A stretch of 45,110 bases of DNA from the sequence record SRR31156797_922; one strand, given 5' to 3'. Below, in pieces: positions 38,626 through 45,110 of this stretch. Below the pieces are notes generated by a model, which worked only from the letters and a program-made list of their open reading frames with translations, was not told where the DNA came from and did not search any database. Numbering within the stretch: the stretch's first letter is position 1; every line of letters starts with the position of its first letter. The translations under genes were made by a program, and so were the position numbers.

Positions 38626-41600
38626 TTAAAGCAGTCCTAAGCTCTGTGCTTTTATAATAGCTTTTATCCTGCTGTCAACATTCAACTTATTCATTATGTG
38701 CCCAATATGGCTTTTTGTTGTGCTTAAAGAAATATTCAGTCTTTCACATATTTCTGCATTGGAGAGACCATCAGCTACTAGTTTTAGCAGTGCTAATTCT
38801 CTTTTTGTTAAAACAGATGTTACTTTCCTAGGTCCTAACAGCTTTTCAATACTTATATTTTTTATTGTCTTTTGCTTCATGATAAACGTAGGAAGCATAC
38901 TCTTAATAAAAGCAATATCGTTTTTATAAATTGGTTTTTCTTTCTTTTCAATGTATAAAAGTCCGATAAAAACTTTGTGGTATAGTATTGGAATACAGGT
39001 AATATTGAGATTTGGATTATCAATAATATGTGCATCGCTATCAAACAAATTGTTCTTCTTTGTTGAAATATAGTGTACTTCATTATTGGTTCTTCCTACA
39101 TATCTGATTATTTTATGAGCAATATTACTGATAAAATTTATATTACGCATTTCATCGTACTGTTTGTAATCTAAGTCCTTGTTAATTTGATGCTTTATTA
39201 ATAGTTCATCTGACTTTTCAAATATTATGCAGCAGAAATCACTTTGTGTTTTATTTACAATGATTTCTAATATTTTTTGAGCAGTTTCGTTCTCGTTGCA
39301 GCCTTGCAGAGCCTCAATAGCACCGTTGTATTGTTCTTTAACAGTATTTAGAATTATATTATCTTCTATAACTTGTACCTGCTGTTGATTAATATTGAAT
39401 TCTTTATTAATGCTCTGGACAATATACTCTGCTCCAAATAAATCAAAAGAAGATGAGGCATTTTCAGCGTAAAACATTTGTAAATCATAATTTTTATTTT
39501 GAAATCTTGCAGCTCTCAAATTAGCAAGAGCTTCGATTTTTATATTACCTTGCTTTTTTGCATAATGTATTACATTATTATATTCGCTGCACATGGATAC
39601 ATTGTTCTTTATATATATTTCATATTCGGTATTAACTAAAGCATAATAGCTGTAGAAGTTTTCGTAATTAATATTTGTCCAATATTTTAGTTCGTTTAGA
39701 TACTTCTTAATTGTTTTTATATTTCTTAATTTTTTACTATCAAGTAATTTATCATTCACAGATATTCTGATTAAGCTGCTGTAAAATATTATAAAAACCC
39801 TAAAGACCAATCCCTTGCTTTCCTTTAACTCATTAAAGGGTGCTTGTATCATCTTTTGGGCAAGACTATATCCCGTATCAATCTCATCAAACAAATACAG
39901 TTTCTCAAGCATTAATGCGTGTTCACTGATTTTTTCAAATTCTGTGAGCGATGGGTAATTACTATTGATTAAGTCAAAGTCTTTTGAATTTTCACCATAT
40001 TTTAAAGCGTGTACATAATTTGTGTATATTTGATAATTATAGAGGGTTGATTCCTGCTCAATATCCTTAAACATTGGTTTATTAGTATTAATATACAATG
40101 TTATTTTATCTAAAGATGAACCTATTAACAGTTTAGTATCCAGACTGGATATTATAGAATAATTAAGAAACAAAAAGTCTCCATTCAGCTTTCCGAAGTA
40201 GATTGATTTCTGTAAGATTTCATCTGCTGTTTTAAAAGATTTTGACCAATGAGCTAGAAAAGCACCGATAAGGAAATATACTACTGCTTTTGTAGAATGG
40301 TCATTAGTTTTTTCTGCTAACTGGAGAATGGTATCCTCTAAAAGTACAGATTTTTTATGATTATGCATTATCATAAATAAAATATAGTTATAAGAAATAT
40401 ACCCTAGTAAAGAGTTGCCGTCAGCAGAATTTTTTGAAGCTAATAATGCCGCAAATACACCAATAGGTCCTCTCAGATTATCTGATGTAAGTGTTGCGCA
40501 GGCATTCATAATAACAAGTACCTGCAGCAAAGATGATACTTCTTCTTTTTGCTTTAGTTTTCCATCTCGTAATTTTTGGATATAGTTTTTGCTGTATTTG
40601 ATATTGCATATCAGAAGCTCCAAAGGCAGGCATAGAGTTGACACTGGTGAGATGCCAAACGGACTAAATGTAATATCTGAAGCATTTATTATCTCCATCC
40701 CGACTTTCAACACATCTTTGTGTCTGCCATCGTTATGGAGCAAGTAAAGCTGCTTCATCTTTATTTTCTGCAATATTTCTTTGCTGTTTTTTTTGTTTAG
40801 AAGCATATTGATTGTTTTACCAGCTTCAGCCTTGTTATCTGTGTAGTATAAGCATTCAGCAAGCTCTAGATAAATATTTGTGTAGAGTATGCCTTCGATA
40901 CTTTCAGTGTATGGCAGAAGCTTGGTGCACAATGTGAACATTGCTAGTGCCGAATCCATTGATAATAATTGTTTTTCATTTATACCAGCATCAAAGAGAA
41001 TTTTCAGCCATTTTTCCGTATCATTATACAAAGCACGCTCTGATGACTTCAGAAGATGAGAGGCAATCAAAGTATTTTTATTATTAATATTAACTTCTGT
41101 AGAGTTTATTAATGAACAAGCAATATCAAAATGCGTTTGCTGCATTTCATTGCTGTCAAAGCTCTCTTCAATAATTTTAAAAATTATATCATGAGAAAAT
41201 AGAATTGTTTTCTTATCTGCATCATGCAATGATGTCATAATAATGGCAGTATTTGTTAGGCTGTCCAATCGTCTGTTCAATGTTTGTGTATCCATATTTG
41301 AGACTGCTTTTAAGGTGTCATAGTCAACTTTACCGGAAAAACATGCTATTAATCGTATTAGAATGGAATTGTTATCTAATTCTTTATTTATGTTTTTCTT
41401 TAATATATTCTCCACAGTATCATTGATATAATAATTACTGACTTCATTTACACTCATAGTCCATTTCTGATATGCATTGGAGTAGCAAATGATTCCATCA
41501 CGCAACATGATTTTTATTAATTCTTTGACATAGAACGGATTACCCATAGTCATGCCGTATATAAATCTAACAAAATATTCTTTATTAAAAAAGTTTCCAT

Positions 41601-42342
41601 AAAACATTTTATCAATAAATTGCTCTATGGATTGATAATGAAGAAAAGGTAAATCAATATATATGAATTCTTCTAATGAACTTAAAAAATTTTCTATTGT
41701 CGGAGAAGCGGAATTGTTTCTTACAGATATGATGAGCATTATATTGATCATATCTTTTTTCTTTATAAGTGCATTAATTATGTCAATTGTTGTTTTGTTC
41801 GCCCATTGAACATCATCTATATGCAGTACCATTGGATAAAGATATATAGATGTTTTTGTTATGAATTCTACTATTGTATTTTTAGTTTTATATACTAATT
41901 TTGAGTAATCTGGAGTATTATCTTTTGTATCTAAACCAAACAGGTTTTTCAATACAGGACTAAGCGTAGAAAGTAATGCAATATCATTTTTTAATTCTGA
42001 TTTCAAATCTCTAACAATATTATCCAAAATATCTTTAGGAAGAGTAAGTATATATTTTGTTATCTGATCTACTATATCAAATATATGATTAATGTAAAAT
42101 TCTTCTGACTGAATATTTTTTGTATATAGGTAAGTTGAGCCTTCCAAAGCTTTTACAGCATTATCCACCAAAAAAGATTTGCCGCATCCTGGCTGACCGA
42201 CTATTGTTACTATTCCCATAGAGCCCTGAAGCACCTTGTCATATGAATTATTAATTCTTGCTAATTCATTTTCTCTGCCTACAAAAATACTGTCAATATT
42301 TTTTATATTCTTTTTAGATTTTTCTATTTTCAGGCTATTCAT
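38626..42342 (-). CDS. Large STAND-type regulator: AAA ATPase - helical/TPR-like region - GAF-like domain - LuxR HTH
   Basis: FVGRE, Walker A GQPGCGKS, Walker B HIDDVQWA, GNPFY, FSHD; GAF-like IIRYV.RT...CIPI...GLLYIE; LuxR LTKRE..LLKLVADGLSNAEI. Start placed at ATG 42342 (GGAG RBS; candidate TTGTAT-18-TATAAT promoter upstream). Confidence 0.88.
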   Translation of the reverse strand: MNSLKIEKSKKNIKNIDSIFVGRENELARINNSYDKVLQGSMGIVTIVGQPGCGKSFLVDNAVKALEGSTYLYTKNIQSEEFYINHIFDIVDQITKYILTLPKDILDNIVRDLKSELKNDIALLSTLSPVLKNLFGLDTKDNTPDYSKLVYKTKNTIVEFITKTSIYLYPMVLHIDDVQWANKTTIDIINALIKKKDMINIMLIISVRNNSASPTIENFLSSLEEFIYIDLPFLHYQSIEQFIDKMFYGNFFNKEYFVRFIYGMTMGNPFYVKELIKIMLRDGIICYSNAYQKWTMSVNEVSNYYINDTVENILKKNINKELDNNSILIRLIACFSGKVDYDTLKAVSNMDTQTLNRRLDSLTNTAIIMTSLHDADKKTILFSHDIIFKIIEESFDSNEMQQTHFDIACSLINSTEVNINNKNTLIASHLLKSSERALYNDTEKWLKILFDAGINEKQLLSMDSALAMFTLCTKLLPYTESIEGILYTNIYLELAECLYYTDNKAEAGKTINMLLNKKNSKEILQKIKMKQLYLLHNDGRHKDVLKVGMEIINASDITFSPFGISPVSTLCLPLELLICNIKYSKNYIQKLRDGKLKQKEEVSSLLQVLVIMNACATLTSDNLRGPIGVFAALLASKNSADGNSLLGYISYNYILFMIMHNHKKSVLLEDTILQLAEKTNDHSTKAVVYFLIGAFLAHWSKSFKTADEILQKSIYFGKLNGDFLFLNYSIISSLDTKLLIGSSLDKITLYINTNKPMFKDIEQESTLYNYQIYTNYVHALKYGENSKDFDLINSNYPSLTEFEKISEHALMLEKLYLFDEIDTGYSLAQKMIQAPFNELKESKGLVFRVFIIFYSSLIRISVNDKLLDSKKLRNIKTIKKYLNELKYWTNINYENFYSYYALVNTEYEIYIKNNVSMCSEYNNVIHYAKKQGNIKIEALANLRAARFQNKNYDLQMFYAENASSSFDLFGAEYIVQSINKEFNINQQQVQVIEDNIILNTVKEQYNGAIEALQGCNENETAQKILEIIVNKTQSDFCCIIFEKSDELLIKHQINKDLDYKQYDEMRNINFISNIAHKIIRYVGRTNNEVHYISTKKNNLFDSDAHIIDNPNLNITCIPILYHKVFIGLLYIEKKEKPIYKNDIAFIKSMLPTFIMKQKTIKNISIEKLLGPRKVTSVLTKRELALLKLVADGLSNAEICERLNISLSTTKSHIGHIMNKLNVDSRIKAIIKAQSLGLL

Positions 42343-42422
42343 TCTCTTCTCCATAGGTATATACACATACTTTATAACATTATACAATGGTAAATAAAGA
42401 TAATACAACAGGATTTTTTAAT

Positions 42423-42440
42423 ATCATACCAAAGTATGAT
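42423..42440. promoter_or_regulatory. Palindromic candidate LuxR/NarL-type operator
   Basis: ATCATAC-caaa-GTATGAT perfect 7-4-7 inverted repeat in the divergent intergenic region. Confidence 0.6.
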
Positions 42441-42507
42441 GTATTTATGCTGAAAAATTGATACTTTATATATGTGATATTATATATATATTGGAGCATT
42501 GCTGAAT

Positions 42508-42762
42508 ATGAAAACAATAGGTGATATAAAAGCGTTCTCAAATAACCAAAATCATGATGGTTATATTATATGTGATGGCAGATCTTTGCCGATTGACAAG
42601 AATATAAAACTATATATGGTTATAGGTACCAGCTATGGGAACAAAGACGAGAAGTCATTTTGTATACCTGACTTGAGGGCAGATATCAGCAATCAAAAGA
42701 AATTTTATATTTGTATTGAGGGTAATTTACCTAATATTACAATAAATGAATATGGAGAGTAG
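42508..42762 (+). CDS. Small phage tail-collar domain protein (MdpB/microcystin-dependent protein-like)
   Basis: IGDIKAF...GYIICDGRSLPI....LYMVIGTSYG......FCIPDLR matches the recalled Collar consensus (GEI..F...GW..CDG..L.I....LF..IGT.YG.....F.LPDLR); ends in FYICIEGNLP. ATG 42508 preferred; the track start is TTG 42499. Confidence 0.82.
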   Translation: MKTIGDIKAFSNNQNHDGYIICDGRSLPIDKNIKLYMVIGTSYGNKDEKSFCIPDLRADISNQKKFYICIEGNLPNITINEYGE

Positions 42763-43012
42763 TGTCAGATAATAGACTGTATGCTTCATCCTTTAATAGT
42801 AAAGAATTGTTGACTGGATTGAATACAATTATATGATGTTGATTTGGAAATATCTATTGATATTTAAGCGTTTAGCTATGATGCAGCCTGATATAGAAAA
42901 TAAAATCAGCCTTGTAAAAGACTTTCTGAGATTCATTTATAATATTTTTATGGTAATGTTAATTATTCATACAGTATTAGATGCATTCCTTCTTGTTACT
43001 TATATAATTTGC

Positions 43013-43053
43013 TGCACTGTAGTAATGTGAAATTTATTGCGGTGCATTTCTTT
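43013..43053 (+). terminator. Terminator-like hairpin (plus strand)
   Basis: TGCACTGTAGTAA-N8-TTATTGCGGTGCA pairs fully only with G-U pairs on the plus strand; followed by TTTCTTT. Confidence 0.6.
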
Positions 43054-43069
43054 GTGTTATTCCGAGTTA

Positions 43070-44065
43070 TCATTTGGTAAATGACTCTCTATATTCTAGG
43101 TCGCCCTGTACAGTCTTAACTCTTGCTACATTCTTGCCATCAAATACATCCAGTAATGTCCTTACAGCATCTGTACATAGTATTTCAACTTTGTTATCAA
43201 TAGAAGTAATTGATGGTGAGGAGCATTCAGCTAGTACAGAATTGTTAAAACCTATGACTTTAACATCTTCAGGTACATTGATACCATGACTGGATAGTGC
43301 TTTTACCACACCTACTGCCAGAATGTCAACAGATGTAATTATTGCGCTGAATTTGATTTCACTGGATATTACTTCATCAATTAGTAACTTTACGCTGTCA
43401 ATATCTCTGGTGCATTTACAGCTTTGCTTGGTATTGGCTACAGCACCTATAGATTTCATACCAGCTAAGTATCCCTTTCTTTTACTGATACCGCTAGATG
43501 TATCGCAGTCATAGATATATAGTATGTCTTTATGTCCTTTTTCGGATAACGTAATAACACAGTCTTTCATTGCTTTGTATTCATCACATTTTACTGAATA
43601 GGTATTATCAAACTTAAATTCACCATTAATGATTATTATTGGTATTGTTTTTGATGCTTTTTTAATATGACTGTTGTTATCTAATTCCTGGAAGATTGAA
43701 CCTATTAGTATTATTGCATCAACACGTTTTGACAACAGTACATCAATAGCCTTCTTTTTATCATCCAAGTCCATTCCAGTACAGCATAAAATAGCATCAT
43801 ATCCTTGTTCTCGCAGTTCGTTTTCTATTACAGAGACGGCTTTTGCATAATAAATATCGGAAACGTCTGAGCAGATTACTCCGATCATCTTAATACTGTC
43901 CAATCCCAGTGCTCTTGCAAATGCATTTGGAGTGTATCCCATTTCATCTATTACTTTTAGGACTTTATCTCTAGTTTTTGGGCTTACACTATCTTTTTGA
44001 TTCAATATCCTTGATACAGTTGCGATAGAAACACCGGCTTTGTCCGCTATGTCGTAAATATTCAT
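43070..44065 (-). CDS. LacI family transcriptional regulator
   Basis: 331 aa; IYDIADKAGVSIATVSRILN, YTPNAFARAL hinge, VIGFNN, PSITSI. Confidence 0.96.
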   Translation of the reverse strand: MNIYDIADKAGVSIATVSRILNQKDSVSPKTRDKVLKVIDEMGYTPNAFARALGLDSIKMIGVICSDVSDIYYAKAVSVIENELREQGYDAILCCTGMDLDDKKKAIDVLLSKRVDAIILIGSIFQELDNNSHIKKASKTIPIIIINGEFKFDNTYSVKCDEYKAMKDCVITLSEKGHKDILYIYDCDTSSGISKRKGYLAGMKSIGAVANTKQSCKCTRDIDSVKLLIDEVISSEIKFSAIITSVDILAVGVVKALSSHGINVPEDVKVIGFNNSVLAECSSPSITSIDNKVEILCTDAVRTLLDVFDGKNVARVKTVQGDLEYRESFTK

Positions 44066-44090
44066 TATTATCTCCTATGAAAAGATTTGA

Positions 44091-44420
44091 AGTAACTGCT
44101 TACATTAATATTACAATGACAATAGTAAATATGCAAGCTTTTACACTAAAAACTACTATAAATCCTCTGAAAACTACGAAAAAACGGGAGAATATCAGCT
44201 TTTTACTAAAAATTCAAAGTAAGCACTTACATTTTTGTCTTGACATTAAGAAAGTGTTGGTATAATATAGGAAGCGAGAAGAAGGGATACTTAGCTGAAA
44301 TCACAAAATTAAGACTTAAAATGAGTGCAAAATAAACAATAGAATTCTTATTGTTTGAAAAAGTATTCGAAGACTAATAATTTGATTGGTATTTTCCATG
44401 ATTAAATGTAAGTACTTACA
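44091..44420. promoter_or_regulatory. Four LacI-type operator-like sites and the uxaB promoter
   Basis: AGTAACTGCTTACA (44091), TGCAAGCTTTTACA (44132), AGTAAGCACTTACA (44218), perfect TGTAAGTACTTACA (44407); TTGACA 44240-44245 and TGgTATAAT 44258-44266. Confidence 0.7.
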
Positions 44421-44474
44421 ATAAGCTGATATGATTTTCATGTTTTCATGATAAGTATAGGGGAGAGTTATATA

Positions 44475-45110
44475 ATGGGTAAACTTCAAAAGAACAGAAT
44501 TGACAGACCAAACAGGGTACTGCAGTTTGGTGAAGGCAATTTTCTTCGTGCATTTGTTGATTATATCATTGATTGCTCAAATGAAGAAGGCGCGTTTGAC
44601 AGCAATATTACAATAGTAAAACCCATTGAGTACGGCTCATTTGATAGATTTATTCAACAAGACAATTTATATACAGTTATCCTTCGAGGTATAAAGGACA
44701 ATGAAACTAGTGTCGAGAAGCGAATAATTACCTGTGTATCAAAAACGGTTGACCCATTTACACAGTTTGAAGAATATAACAAACTAATGGAAGATGAGGA
44801 TTTCAGATTTTTTGTTTCAAACACAACTGAAGCAGGAATAGTTTATTCAGATAAAGATAAATTTGATGATAAAATTCCAAATACATTTCCAGCCAAAGTA
44901 ACAAAATTATTATATCAAAGGTACACGATTTTTAATGGCGATATGAGTAAAGGTTTTATTTTCCTACCCGTTGAGCTGATTGAGAAAAACGGTGATAACC
45001 TAAAAAAATGCATTTTAGAATACTGCAAATTATGGAATTTAAGCGAAGAATTTATCTCATGGATAAATGGGGCTAATATATTCTGCAATACTTTGGTTGA
45101 CAGAATAGTA
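44475..45110 (+). CDS. uxaB: Tagaturonate reductase (altronate oxidoreductase), 5' part, runs off the window
   Basis: ATG 44475 after GGAG: MGKLQKNRIDRPNRVLQFGEGNFLRAFVD...QDNLYTV...SNTTEAGI...FPAKVT...LPVELIEKNG...NTLVDRIV. Confidence 0.92.
   Translation, partial: MGKLQKNRIDRPNRVLQFGEGNFLRAFVDYIIDCSNEEGAFDSNITIVKPIEYGSFDRFIQQDNLYTVILRGIKDNETSVEKRIITCVSKTVDPFTQFEEYNKLMEDEDFRFFVSNTTEAGIVYSDKDKFDDKIPNTFPAKVTKLLYQRYTIFNGDMSKGFIFLPVELIEKNGDNLKKCILEYCKLWNLSEEFISWINGANIFCNTLVDRIV

Noticed and set aside
42499-42762. Prophage suggested by the tail-collar gene
   Set aside because: No integrase, capsid, terminase, lysis or other tail genes, and no att-like repeats were seen nearby.
809-43514. Many short ORF-track entries overlapping or antisense to large genes (e.g. 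1083-1703, 13438-13950, 19819-20217)
   Set aside because: Shadow ORFs of well-supported genes, with no recognisable motifs or RBS.
44077-44265. 62-aa plus-strand ORF
   Set aside because: It spans the LacI operators and the divergent promoters, with no protein-like features.
44091-44420. CcpA cre sites
   Set aside because: The sites lack the central CG of cre and flank a local LacI gene, which is the simpler explanation.
1-45110. CRISPR array, tRNA/rRNA, IS elements
   Set aside because: No regularly spaced repeats, structured-RNA signatures or transposase ORFs were seen by inspection.

Overview
AT-rich Clostridia/Bacillota-like chromosomal window devoted almost entirely to sugar uptake and catabolism. 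In order, it contains: the 3' end of a possible sortase-anchored protein; a fructose-family PTS operon with its own EI and HPr, a GH38 alpha-mannosidase and a PRD-type activator; a DeoR regulator plus an orphan ABC ATPase, divergent from a CUT2 (Rbs-like) ABC transporter and a GH31 alpha-xylosidase-like enzyme; a MocR/EamA pair; an AraC regulator with a four-gene Gfo/Idh/MocA + TIM-barrel cluster resembling the non-hydrolytic 3-keto-glycoside pathway; an MglBAC-like transporter with GH3 and GH42 glycosidases; a YesN-like regulator, a sensor-less YesM-like kinase and an apparently catalytically dead ABC ATPase; a STAND-ATPase/GAF/LuxR regulator divergent from a stand-alone miniature phage tail-collar protein; and a LacI regulator divergent from uxaB (partial). 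I saw no rRNA, tRNA, CRISPR array, IS element or prophage. The two best novelty candidates are (1) full-length ABC pseudo-ATPases co-transcribed with regulators rather than permeases, seen twice, and (2) the STAND-LuxR / tail-collar mini-protein module with a palindromic candidate operator. All family assignments are from motif recognition by eye; no searches were run.
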